A stretch of 64,000 bases of DNA, from positions 146,957 through 210,956 of the forward strand of contig JAIOPO010000005.1 of NCBI GenBank assembly GCA_021413905.1. Reading direction: 5' to 3'. This document shows positions 45,796-54,880 of the stretch, one piece after another. The translations under genes and the position numbers were made by a program. Each line of letters begins with the position of its first letter. Within the stretch, counting starts at the first letter, position 1. The notes below the pieces were generated by a model. The model was not told the origin of the DNA and searched no databases. It was given only the letters and a program-made list of their open reading frames with translations. This DNA is from Candidatus Nomurabacteria bacterium. Its GTDB lineage: Bacteria; Patescibacteriota; Minisyncoccia; Phycocordibacterales; UBA9973.

Positions 45796-46269
45796 ATGGA
45801 AAACCTAAAATACACCTTCGGACAAGTAAATGATTGGATTAAAACGGCGGATCAAAAAGCCATGATCTTAGGGTCATTTAATATCGCTGGTTTTATATAT
45901 CAACTTGTGAATCTCGACAAATTGGTGTGTGGAAGTATTTATACACTAATATTGTCTATAGTATCAATCGCCGCCACGTTGGTTACTCTATATTTCTGGC
46001 TTAGGATTATCTATCCAAAACTTGATAATAAACACAAGAAGTCCAAAATTTACTTTCAACATATCGCAAACGCCTACGAAAATGATATCGCTTCAGGGAT
46101 AGATGATTTACAAAAGATAGATGATGAGGAATATAAAAAAGATTTGGCTAGCCAGATTGTAATAAATTCAATCATTGCAAAGAAGAAATATGCTTCTATT
46201 CAAAAATTTATTTGGGCTTTTGGAGTTCAGTTAGTCACTCTACTTTTACTGCTAATTAGCCTGATCTAA
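45796..46269 (+). CDS. Small 3-TM membrane protein, SLATT/PycTM-like putative pore-forming effector.
   Basis: 157 aa with two adjacent N-terminal TM helices and a C-terminal TM helix; no nucleotide-binding domain is evident. Confidence 0.45.
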   Translation: MENLKYTFGQVNDWIKTADQKAMILGSFNIAGFIYQLVNLDKLVCGSIYTLILSIVSIAATLVTLYFWLRIIYPKLDNKHKKSKIYFQHIANAYENDIASGIDDLQKIDDEEYKKDLASQIVINSIIAKKKYASIQKFIWAFGVQLVTLLLLLISLI

Positions 46270-46270
46270 G

Positions 46271-47062
46271 ATGTCTGAATTTAAAGACAGTCTTATAAGA
46301 GATACTGACTATTTTTTTGATGGCGATTATGAAATCGTACAAGGTAGAATGATTCCTAGTGTAGATGAAGTAGCCTTTGGTAGGTTTGGGAAGGAAGTTG
46401 AATTAGCCATGCTATTTATTGACGTCAAAGAATCCACAAAAATAGTAGACGCTTTTCGCCTGAAAACTGCGGCTCGTATGTATCAGTCATTTTTAAGAGG
46501 AGTAACTTTGATTGCCCTCAAAAATGGTGGTGAAGTAAGAAGCTTTAATGGTGATGGTGTATTAGTTACCTTTCATGGTGATTCAAAGTGCGACAATGCG
46601 GTTCGGTCTGCATTGCAAATGATGGATTTTGCCAATACAGTCTTGAAACCAAAATTAAGAAGTTATTTCGTTAATAACAAACAAGCACAAAACCTTATTT
46701 TTGATTGTGGTATTGGGATAGATATCGGTAATGTATTTGTAGTGAGAGGTGGTGCTAAGGGTGATGATAATAATGATCTAGTATGGGTCGGCAATCCAAC
46801 AAATTATGCAGTTAAACTTTCAGCGCAATCAAAAGTACAAACACTAGGCAGTCTTGCTACAGCTCCTGTTACAACAGTTTACAATATACATATCACAAAT
46901 CGAGTTTATGTAAACCTCAAACCTGAACTTAAAACAGTAAAAGGTTCTGGCGTTTTTGCTTTCAATATTTGGAACAGACAGCCATCAGCATTGGGAGGTC
47001 TCTTGCCTGGTTCTTTGGCTACAACGACAATTTATCGAACAAATAAAACTTTACCTTTTTAA
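46271..47062 (+). CDS. Class III nucleotidyl cyclase-like protein, cyclase 2.
   Basis: LFIDVKESTKI and FNGDGVLVTFHG motifs. Confidence 0.55.
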   Translation: MSEFKDSLIRDTDYFFDGDYEIVQGRMIPSVDEVAFGRFGKEVELAMLFIDVKESTKIVDAFRLKTAARMYQSFLRGVTLIALKNGGEVRSFNGDGVLVTFHGDSKCDNAVRSALQMMDFANTVLKPKLRSYFVNNKQAQNLIFDCGIGIDIGNVFVVRGGAKGDDNNDLVWVGNPTNYAVKLSAQSKVQTLGSLATAPVTTVYNIHITNRVYVNLKPELKTVKGSGVFAFNIWNRQPSALGGLLPGSLATTTIYRTNKTLPF

Positions 47063-47110
47063 AATTTTTATTTCCTGTGAAAATTAGTACACTTTTGATA
47101 CAATAAACAA

Positions 47111-47614
47111 ATGATCAATTTAATTATCCTTGTATTTTTGATAGCAGTTGTTTTTATCTTTCTTAAAAAATATTTTCCAGACATATTTAATGAAAAAGAT
47201 AAGCCAAGCAAATCTCCGTATAATTACAAGAAAAAAGATTTTTTAATGAGTCGAGCAGAACATGAGTTTTTTGATATTCTTGTTGATATAGTAGGTAATC
47301 AATATTATGTATTTCCACAAATACACCTATCAACTATTTTAGACAATAAGGTTGTAGGACAAAATTGGAGAGGTGCCTTTCGTCACATAGATGAAAAATC
47401 AGTTGATTTTGTTATTTGTGATAAAGCATATATCAAACCAATTCTTGCCATTGAATTAGATGACAAAACACACGAAAGAGAAGATAGAAAAGGACGAGAT
47501 GGAGAAGTAGAGCGTATTCTTAAGGAATCAGGACTATCTCTTTTAAGATTTGGGAATAATGGGAGTTTTAATAAGGAAGAAATAAAAAGATCTATTTCAG
47601 AAAAAATAAAGTAA
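47111..47614 (+). CDS. Membrane-anchored DUF2726-like PD-(D/E)xK nuclease-fold protein.
   Basis: N-terminal TM; ...YVFPQIHL...VDFVICDK...LAIELDDKTHE gives a D...E.D arrangement. Confidence 0.55.
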   Translation: MINLIILVFLIAVVFIFLKKYFPDIFNEKDKPSKSPYNYKKKDFLMSRAEHEFFDILVDIVGNQYYVFPQIHLSTILDNKVVGQNWRGAFRHIDEKSVDFVICDKAYIKPILAIELDDKTHEREDRKGRDGEVERILKESGLSLLRFGNNGSFNKEEIKRSISEKIK

Positions 47615-47629
47615 TAGAAATCTATAGCA

Positions 47630-48610
47630 ATGCCGGACATAAAGAAAAACTTAATGTTGCTAACTGGTGCAGGGTTCACACGAAATTTTGGTGGGTTTTT
47701 AGCACGTGAGATGTGGTCAAAAATATTTAATAATCCAATTGTACAAGCAAGCGCAGAAGCACGAGGATTACTTTTGAATGATTTTGACTTTGAGTCTGTC
47801 TACTCGGCTAAAATGAGCCATGGAGAAGAAACAATAAAGATTATAAGAGAGGCTGTCGAAATGGCATATAAGGATCTTGATGATACAGTAAAAAATTGGG
47901 TTTTTAATCATGGCAATCCAACGGCACTTAATACATACGGGTTAGGTGAGCTTCTTAGTTTTATATCAAGTAGAGGTTCAGATAAAGGATGGTTCTTTAC
48001 CCTCAATCAAGATTTATTTATGGAACGAAAACATAATTACAGATCACCAGGAGCAATGTTTAGTCAGCCTTTTATTGAAGGAGATAATGGTAAAATTGGA
48101 ATTATAACTTTACCCAATGAAAACGGTGTAGAAAAAGTTAAAAATACTTTAAATAATGCAAGTTATATAAAACTACATGGATCATATGGCTGGATTTCAT
48201 CACACGGTGGCAATCAGATGGTAATTGGTAAAAACAAAGTAAATGATATTGATCAAGAACCATTATTAAAATGGTATTTTGAGATTTTTCAAAATCTAAT
48301 TAAAGAAGGTAATAAAAAATTATTAATCATTGGCTATGGGTTTGCCGATAATCATATAAACGACATTCTGCTTAACGGAATACAGGAGCATGGTCTTAGT
48401 TTGTATATAATAAGCACAACTGATCCAGAAACATTTAAAAATAGACTTGAGGGAAAACCGTCACATTTAGGCAGTTGGGAGGTTTCTAAATATTCAAAAA
48501 TATGGGATGGTGTTAAAGGATATTTTCCTTATTCATTAAGAGATATATACCCTCCAGACCAAAGTATTACTACCATATCACTAGAAATTAAAAAGGCTTT
48601 GGAAAGTTAA
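47630..48610 (+). CDS. SIR2_2-family (SIR2-like) protein; putative NADase effector.
   Basis: LLTGAGFTRNFGG, FFTLNQDLFMER, KLHGSYGW and LLIIGYGFADNHI motifs. Confidence 0.55.
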   Translation: MPDIKKNLMLLTGAGFTRNFGGFLAREMWSKIFNNPIVQASAEARGLLLNDFDFESVYSAKMSHGEETIKIIREAVEMAYKDLDDTVKNWVFNHGNPTALNTYGLGELLSFISSRGSDKGWFFTLNQDLFMERKHNYRSPGAMFSQPFIEGDNGKIGIITLPNENGVEKVKNTLNNASYIKLHGSYGWISSHGGNQMVIGKNKVNDIDQEPLLKWYFEIFQNLIKEGNKKLLIIGYGFADNHINDILLNGIQEHGLSLYIISTTDPETFKNRLEGKPSHLGSWEVSKYSKIWDGVKGYFPYSLRDIYPPDQSITTISLEIKKALES

Positions 48611-48673
48611 GTTACAGCTAACTGTAACATTTAAAGTCCAACTTGTGTCACTTTTGTAACTTTTTGAGATGCT

Positions 48674-48763
48674 CGAGACGCGTCGTTATGGTATGATAAA
48701 AAAAGTCTCAAAAGCCTTACAGGTCTTGTTTGCGAAAGGTTCTAACACGAGACCGCCCGCATT
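48674..48763 (+). pseudogene. Degenerate tRNA-Ser-like sequence (pseudo-tRNA) followed by a copy of the tRNA-Ser trailer block.
   Basis: It aligns end to end with tRNA-Ser 15950-16036 (GACGCGTCG.., ..GTCTCAAAAG.., ..ACAGG.., ..GGTTCTAACAC.., ..CCGCCCGCA), but the acceptor ends do not pair. Confidence 0.4.
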
Positions 48764-48832
48764 GACAACCTGTTAGTTTTGATGACCCATTTAGTTATGT
48801 ACTAAGTGCGACCCACAAACCTACATGTTGCA

Positions 48833-48866
48833 GAAAAAAGAACGACAATTGCCGTTCTTTTTTCTT
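48833..48866. terminator. Bidirectional intrinsic terminator.
   Basis: aaaaaAGAACGacaattgCCGTTCTtttttc. Confidence 0.55.
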
Positions 48867-49254
48867 AACTGAAATCTATTTCAAAATTATACATTCCCAT
48901 ACCACAAGTTCCCCTGAGTGGCTCACCAGCTTTAGGTATGCCGATATCAATTATTTCTTCTGCTGATTGAGAGAGAATTTTTTGATAATTAATTGATTTA
49001 ATAACCAAAGAAGCTGAACAGTCGTATGTACCGCTTGTTTTTACAATTAATTTTGTAGGAATACCTGCTTTAGCATTACTTAGTTGTGGAGAATACCCAC
49101 CCTTAGCATCAATTGTTATGTATTGTATCCCGTCTTTTATCTCGGTATTTTGAATTATTTTACTAGAGTCTTTTGTTGTTGATCCACCTGTTAAAACAAT
49201 ACCTATGGCAACAATAAGACCTAGTGTAATGATTATTGAAACTGTTTTGTTCAT
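48865..49254 (-). CDS. Membrane-anchored cupredoxin-like small protein.
   Basis: N-terminal TM and a C-terminal ...TCGMGMYNFEIDF cupredoxin-like end. Confidence 0.4.
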   Translation of the reverse strand: MNKTVSIIITLGLIVAIGIVLTGGSTTKDSSKIIQNTEIKDGIQYITIDAKGGYSPQLSNAKAGIPTKLIVKTSGTYDCSASLVIKSINYQKILSQSAEEIIDIGIPKAGEPLRGTCGMGMYNFEIDFS

Positions 49255-49272
49255 AAAGTAATTATATCAAAA

Positions 49273-50280
49273 TTAAATATTAAATAATGGATTTATAACA
49301 CCAAGACCTGCCAGCCCTGCGAGTAAAGCAAATATACCAAGACCTACAACAACAACTCCCGCAGATTTAAAGAATAAGGGTGCATGTTTACCATGCGCAA
49401 AAGATGCCGATCCAAAAGATAGAATTGAAAGCACTGGTAATGTTCCAAGAGCAAATGTAAACATAATCAATAATCCAGACATAAAAGATCCACTTGAAAT
49501 AGCTGCTACTTGCATAGCCTGTGTAAATCCACATGGTAAGAAGAATGTGGCAAATCCTATAATAAGAGGAGTTAAAGTTTTATGTTCAACCTTTCTAAAG
49601 AAATTAAAAACACCTGAAGGTAAGGTAACATTACTCTTTTTAAAAACTCCTACTAAATTTAAGCCAAGTAGTAGCATAACGATTGAAGCCACAATACCTA
49701 GTATTGCTGAGAATGTGAAACTTATACCAATAGCATTACCTATAAGTCCTAAAACTCCACCCAAAAGAGCAAAGCTGACTAATCTACCAGTATGAAAAAG
49801 TATGAAAGTTTTAGTATCGCTTATATTATCTTCAGAGATTTTCGCAGAAAGAGATAATACTAGACCACCGACAATCGCAAGACAACTTGAAACAGATGCA
49901 ATAAGACCAACGATAAAACTTGTCATTGGAGTAGTCTTACCTCCAATACCTAAATTGAGAATTCCTGATTTTTGTAATATGAAAAATAAGACAAGAAAAA
50001 CTAAACCAATAGGTATAGCTTTCCAAATAACATCATCTTCTTTATTTTTATTAAGTTTTTTTTCAACCGACAAAGAGTATCCATTGGGTTTAATTTTATC
50101 TGCAAGAATGGTTGCGATTTCGTCTATGTTCTGTTCAGTATTCATTTCAACATCTACGGTCTCATTTTTTAGATTTACATTTGATTTAACAACAAAAGAC
50201 TGCTCATTCAAAATATCTTCTATCAAGATTTTACATGATGCGCAGTGTGTTCCAGTTACATAAAATTTGTAATTTTTCAT
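49273..50280 (-). CDS. Heavy-metal-associated (HMA) domain fused to a DsbD/CcdA-like polytopic membrane region.
   Basis: N-terminal GTHCASCKILIE HMA motif; the remainder has 6-8 TM helices. Confidence 0.55.
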   Translation of the reverse strand: MKNYKFYVTGTHCASCKILIEDILNEQSFVVKSNVNLKNETVDVEMNTEQNIDEIATILADKIKPNGYSLSVEKKLNKNKEDDVIWKAIPIGLVFLVLFFILQKSGILNLGIGGKTTPMTSFIVGLIASVSSCLAIVGGLVLSLSAKISEDNISDTKTFILFHTGRLVSFALLGGVLGLIGNAIGISFTFSAILGIVASIVMLLLGLNLVGVFKKSNVTLPSGVFNFFRKVEHKTLTPLIIGFATFFLPCGFTQAMQVAAISSGSFMSGLLIMFTFALGTLPVLSILSFGSASFAHGKHAPLFFKSAGVVVVGLGIFALLAGLAGLGVINPLFNI

Positions 50281-50303
50281 TGTTTTATAAGTTAATATTT
50301 ATT

Positions 50304-50774
50304 TTAATCATAATTGAGCACTATCTTGTCTCCATCTTTCATATAATAATTCCCAAAATCCAATTTATCTACACCATTTACTGTCATCCTTATATTTGAA
50401 CCGAAAGAGTTTATATCCTTATTCCAAATTTTGAAAAACTCACTGAGTTTAGTATCTCTACCTCGAACTACTGATGAAAACTCCAAATGGATAACTCCTA
50501 ACTGTGAATCTTCGTCGTGAGTGTGAATTGGATTATGAACCGCACCAAGTCCAATATTTGCGGGGATTTCTACTTTTTCTCCTTTTATATATATAGAAAG
50601 CTCAGGATGCCAGTGAATTCCGTTTCGAGAAATTATTTCTGATTCATAAGGATTTTCCACACTACTAGATGAGGGTTTGTCTGAATATACGAAATAAACA
50701 AAAACCCCAATGACTAAAATGGCTAGTATCCATATCCAGATATTTTTATTATTTTTCTTGTGCTTATTTTTCAT
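50304..50774 (-). CDS. Membrane-anchored His-rich hypothetical protein.
   Basis: TM anchor, then HWHPE...HNPIHTHDED, which are possible metal ligands. Confidence 0.4.
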   Translation of the reverse strand: MKNKHKKNNKNIWIWILAILVIGVFVYFVYSDKPSSSSVENPYESEIISRNGIHWHPELSIYIKGEKVEIPANIGLGAVHNPIHTHDEDSQLGVIHLEFSSVVRGRDTKLSEFFKIWNKDINSFGSNIRMTVNGVDKLDFGNYYMKDGDKIVLNYD

Positions 50775-50776
50775 AA

Positions 50777-53095
50777 TTATAATCTCTTACTTTTAATTCT
50801 CAGTGAGTTCGACACAACTGACACTGATGACATCGCCATCGCAAATCCTGCAAATACTGGATTAAGCAACCAGCCAAAAATTGGGTAAAAAACTCCAGCC
50901 GCAAGAGGGATTCCTACAATATTGTAAATGAATGCCCAAAAAAGGTTTTGTTTAATTCCTCGCATTGTTATTTTTGATAACCTTATTGCTTTTACAATTT
51001 TTGAAATATCTCCACCCAGGAGTGTAATTCCTGCTGACTCAATGGCAACATCAGTACCTGTACCCATGGCGATACCGACATCGGCTTGAGCTAGTGCAGG
51101 AGCGTCATTTACTCCATCACCCGCCATAGCAACAACATGTCCTTGGGATTGAAGTTCTTGTATTTTTAATAACTTATCTTGAGGTAAAACATGAGCAACA
51201 ACTTCATCGACTCCAACAAGAGATGCGATGTGTTTCGCCGCTTTTTCATCATCGCCTGTAAGCATCACTACTTTAATTCCAAGTTTATGAAGAGCATTAA
51301 TAGCTTCTTTTGATTCAGGTTTTATTTCATCTGCAACCATTACAAAACCAAGAACTTTTTCTTTTGTAGATATAATGACAGGAGTTTTTCCTTGGGATGT
51401 AAACTCTTCTAGCAATGTTTGATCAAAAGAAAGATTTAAATCTTTAATAAGCTTTATATTACCAACAAAATATTCAACCTGCTTAACAGACCCTTTTAGA
51501 CCTTTTCCTTGAATTCCTTCAAAGTTTGAAACTTCTTGTATGGGGATATTCTTCTCTTTTGCATAGTTCACAATTGCGTGTGCGATTGGATGTTCAGATT
51601 TTTTCTCTAGTGTTGCAAGTATTCCTATCAAATCTTCATTACTCATATCTGAGCTATTTTGGATATCAACAAGTGTCGGTTTCCCAATTGTTATCGTTCC
51701 TGTTTTATCCATCATGACAGTATCAACTTTGTGTAATTTCTCTAGCGTAGCCGCATCTTTAATCAGTATTCCTTCCTTTGCTCCTTTACCAACCCCTACA
51801 ATGATTGCAGTCGGGGTAGCAAGTCCAAGTGCACATGGGCATGCAATAACTAATATCCCGACAAAGGATACAAGTCCAAATGAAAGAGCTTGTGAAAATC
51901 CAAGTGAGCCAGTTCCAAACGCCAACCATACCCCCAAAGTCACAAAAGCTAAGATAAGAACTATCGGTACAAAAACGCTTGAAATCTTATCAGCTAATGC
52001 CTGAATAGGGGCTTTACTCCCTTGGGCTTCTTCAACCATGTGTATAATTTGAGCCAGCAATGTTTCTGATCCAACTTTTGTGGCTTTAAAAACAAACGAT
52101 CCACTTGTATTAATTGTTCCTGCGACCACACTATCTCCAATCTTTTTCTGTACTGGCATTGGCTCTCCTGTTACCATTGATTCATCAACAAAAGATGATC
52201 CCTCAGTAATGACTCCGTCTACTGGAATCTTTGTTCCTGGTTTAACAATAATTAAGTCTCCATGCTTAACCTCATTTATAGAAATCTCTACTTCCTTACC
52301 TTCACGCACAACCAAGGCTGTTTTTGCTTGAAGATTTAAAAGTTTTTCTATCGCATCTCCTGTTTTAATTTTTGAACGAGCTTCTAAATATTTACCAAGA
52401 GCGATAAAAGTAATCACTACAATGGTCACATCGTAGTAAGTATGATCTACATTTATAAAAGGTCTGAGTACTTCTTCAAATGCACTGACAGCAAAACTAT
52501 ATAAAAAAGCGGCAACAGTACCGATACCGATAAGTGTATCCATATTAGCTTTGCCATATCTTAAGAAACGATAAAACCCCAGAAGATATGGTTTCCCTAC
52601 AACAAATAGAGTATAGGTCGCAAAAATAGGTAATAGATGGTGAAAAAATTCTTTGAGTGTATAGCTCATCATAGGGACAATACTGTACTGAGCAAGAATA
52701 TCCCAAGTCATGACGAAAACACTAAAGATGGCTAGTGGAATAGCTGACATGACTTTAGATTTCATATCCTTTATCTCTTCAATCTTTTCCTTTTTTGACT
52801 GATTTAATCCTAAATGTTCAGCATGTTCGTTTTCACTCATACCCATAGAACTCGCAGGCATGCTTTCCGTACTATGATCCATAGGTGCTATCAAAGAATA
52901 CCCAAGCGGTTCCAATTTCTTATTAAAAGATTCAGCGTTAGTTTTTGAACTATCAAAAACAATCTTTGCGTTCTCGGTACCATTGTTTACTGAAATATCT
53001 TCCACTCCATCGATTTTTTTTACTGTTCTTTCAATAATACTTGCACACGAAGCACAATGCATACCTTTAATTTTGTATATCTTTGGAGTATTCAT
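50777..53095 (-). CDS. copA: Copper-translocating P1B-type ATPase.
   Basis: HMA motif [12 protein letters not shown]; transmembrane CPC motif; DKTGTIT phosphorylation site; [10 protein letters not shown]. Confidence 0.9.
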   Translation of the reverse strand: MNTPKIYKIKGMHCASCASIIERTVKKIDGVEDISVNNGTENAKIVFDSSKTNAESFNKKLEPLGYSLIAPMDHSTESMPASSMGMSENEHAEHLGLNQSKKEKIEEIKDMKSKVMSAIPLAIFSVFVMTWDILAQYSIVPMMSYTLKEFFHHLLPIFATYTLFVVGKPYLLGFYRFLRYGKANMDTLIGIGTVAAFLYSFAVSAFEEVLRPFINVDHTYYDVTIVVITFIALGKYLEARSKIKTGDAIEKLLNLQAKTALVVREGKEVEISINEVKHGDLIIVKPGTKIPVDGVITEGSSFVDESMVTGEPMPVQKKIGDSVVAGTINTSGSFVFKATKVGSETLLAQIIHMVEEAQGSKAPIQALADKISSVFVPIVLILAFVTLGVWLAFGTGSLGFSQALSFGLVSFVGILVIACPCALGLATPTAIIVGVGKGAKEGILIKDAATLEKLHKVDTVMMDKTGTITIGKPTLVDIQNSSDMSNEDLIGILATLEKKSEHPIAHAIVNYAKEKNIPIQEVSNFEGIQGKGLKGSVKQVEYFVGNIKLIKDLNLSFDQTLLEEFTSQGKTPVIISTKEKVLGFVMVADEIKPESKEAINALHKLGIKVVMLTGDDEKAAKHIASLVGVDEVVAHVLPQDKLLKIQELQSQGHVVAMAGDGVNDAPALAQADVGIAMGTGTDVAIESAGITLLGGDISKIVKAIRLSKITMRGIKQNLFWAFIYNIVGIPLAAGVFYPIFGWLLNPVFAGFAMAMSSVSVVSNSLRIKSKRL

Positions 53096-53098
53096 AAA

Positions 53099-53362
53099 TT
53101 ATTTTCGCTTAAGCTGATAAACTTTTAAAATTTCCTTAGTAGCAACATCGACTTTGCCACTTTTAATTTGACCAACAACACAATGACCAAGGTGGCTCTC
53201 AAGGAGAATATCCTCAATACTTGAAAGACCTTGTTTTACAGCAGAGGTCTGGGTAATGACATCGATACAGTACTTTTCCTCTTCAATCATTTTTTGGATA
53301 CCTCGAACTTGTCCTTCTATTTTTTTGAGCCTTGTTATGAGTTTTTGTTTATCTTTATGCAT
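53099..53362 (-). CDS. csoR: CsoR/RcnR-family copper-sensing repressor. Revised start at MHKDKQ.
   Basis: ...RLKKIEGQVRGIQKMIEEEKYCIDVITQTSAV...HLGHC. The track ORF extends to 53404 but would include the operator palindrome. Confidence 0.8.
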   Translation of the reverse strand: MHKDKQKLITRLKKIEGQVRGIQKMIEEEKYCIDVITQTSAVKQGLSSIEDILLESHLGHCVVGQIKSGKVDVATKEILKVYQLKRK

Positions 53363-53400
53363 AATGCTATTATACCCCCTAGGGGGTATAATAGCAAGTT
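53363..53400 (-). promoter_or_regulatory. csoR-copA promoter with the perfect 20-bp palindrome TATACCCCCTAGGGGGTATA, a CsoR-type operator, lying between a -35 TTGCTA and a -10 TATAAT.
   Basis: The minus-strand read is TTGCTAttaTACCCCCTAGGGGGTATAATagcattATG. The spacer is 17 nt, and the operator matches the ATACCC...GGGTAT CsoR-box style. Confidence 0.55.
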
Positions 53401-53408
53401 TCAAAATG

Positions 53409-54737
53409 TCAGTCTACTAGAGTAATCTTCTTCTCTTTCAGTATCAATCTACTCCTCAAATGTCCCATTAATTCACGCTTCTCAAGTGGTGTACCTTCTC
53501 TCAGCACATACTTGGCATACTCTCTTGTGTTCACATCATCTTCATTGATGTTGTATTTCGGAGTGCCTTTAGTTGCCAACCTCTGCAGTCTGTTAAATCG
53601 CTTGATCTCTTCTTCAAGTTTGATTCGCATACCCAGTTCGTTGATGCTTACCTTATCGATTACTTTGAACAGCTCCTCGATCAATTCTTCTTCTCGTATA
53701 TATTTATTTTTACAATTCCTATCTCTCGCCTTGGAACATGAGTAGTACACATACTTGGCAGTCGTGCCATCTTTGAGTTCCTTATACTTCTCCTGTGCCG
53801 TTATTCCTGACTCGCACATTCCGCAGGTAAATAATTTGGTAAATGCAAACTCTCGATTTTCTCTCACAATCCTATCTCGCTTCAGTTGCTCCTGTGCTTT
53901 TTCAAATAGCTCTTGAGTAATGATCGGCGTATGGCTTCCTTGGTACCAGTTATCGCTATTTCGTGGATACTCGAATGGTCCATAGTAGATCGGCATATTG
54001 AAGATACGATAAACCCCTGAGAGTGTCAGGGGCTTATTTCCTCGGGTATAGAAATTTAGATCAAATCTGAGCCAGTTGTATACTTTTCTTCCACTCCATT
54101 TTTCGTATACCACTTTCTCAAACATTTTCTTGATAATCGGCGCTCGTTCTGGATCAATCACTATTTGGCACTTTCTGTCCATTAGTTTTTGATTCAGGTA
54201 TCCAAGCGGTGCCATTCCAGGCCATAACCCCATCTCCACTCTCGTTCGCAATCCTCGCTTCACATTGATACCTCGATTGTCATTTTCAAGTTTTGCTTGG
54301 CTTCCTAATATCATCAGGAGGAACTTCTCATTTGGATTATTTCCGAATGTCTGCCCAAAAGTTCGTATCATATGCAGTTTTCCTGAATCCATCAGGTCTA
54401 CGATTTTTCCCAAGTCTCCTGCGTTTCTTGAAATTCTATCTGGTGCCCAAGTCAGTATTGCATTGAACTTCTCTTGTTTGAGTTCCTCGATAATTTCATT
54501 GAAGACTGGTCGTTGTCCTGTCTCCTTTGCACTATGGCTCTCACGCTTCATGGTGACCACTTCAAGCCCCTCGCGGTCTGCCAGTTGGAGCATCTCGCTG
54601 ATTTGGCTATCTATGGAAAGCACTTGTCGTTCCTCAGATTCTGTTGATTTTCTTGCGTATAAGCAGTATTTAATCTTCTTTGGTTCAACCTCTGGTTTCT
54701 TTACGCCTTGCTCTTGGTTTGGGTTTTCTATCTTCAC
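53409..54737 (-). CDS. Large serine recombinase, integrase type, copy R3; its stop is 4 nt from the csoR ORF.
   Basis: KYCLYARKSTESEERQVLSIDSQISEMLQLADREGLEVV. It is near-identical to R1 over long stretches and has a zinc ribbon CGMCESG...C. Confidence 0.85.
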   Translation of the reverse strand: MKIENPNQEQGVKKPEVEPKKIKYCLYARKSTESEERQVLSIDSQISEMLQLADREGLEVVTMKRESHSAKETGQRPVFNEIIEELKQEKFNAILTWAPDRISRNAGDLGKIVDLMDSGKLHMIRTFGQTFGNNPNEKFLLMILGSQAKLENDNRGINVKRGLRTRVEMGLWPGMAPLGYLNQKLMDRKCQIVIDPERAPIIKKMFEKVVYEKWSGRKVYNWLRFDLNFYTRGNKPLTLSGVYRIFNMPIYYGPFEYPRNSDNWYQGSHTPIITQELFEKAQEQLKRDRIVRENREFAFTKLFTCGMCESGITAQEKYKELKDGTTAKYVYYSCSKARDRNCKNKYIREEELIEELFKVIDKVSINELGMRIKLEEEIKRFNRLQRLATKGTPKYNINEDDVNTREYAKYVLREGTPLEKRELMGHLRSRLILKEKKITLVD

Positions 54738-54792
54738 AACTACATTGATGACGCAAATCGTCCTAGGAGTCTAGAGCGTCCCACCGCCATAG

Positions 54793-54803
54793 TGTTGGTA
54801 ACT
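54793..54803. promoter_or_regulatory. GTGTTGGTAAC core upstream of R3; the left arm is shared with the R1 site.
   Basis: tgaTGACGCAAatcgtcctaggagtctAGAGCGTCCCaccgccataGTGTTGGTAACtaaaacgcc. Confidence 0.45.
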
Positions 54804-54880
54804 AAAACGCCTTTATTTAAAGGTCGATTTTTGGTAAAATGCATTTACTGGCATAAGAAACTTATGCCCAATATTAAAGT

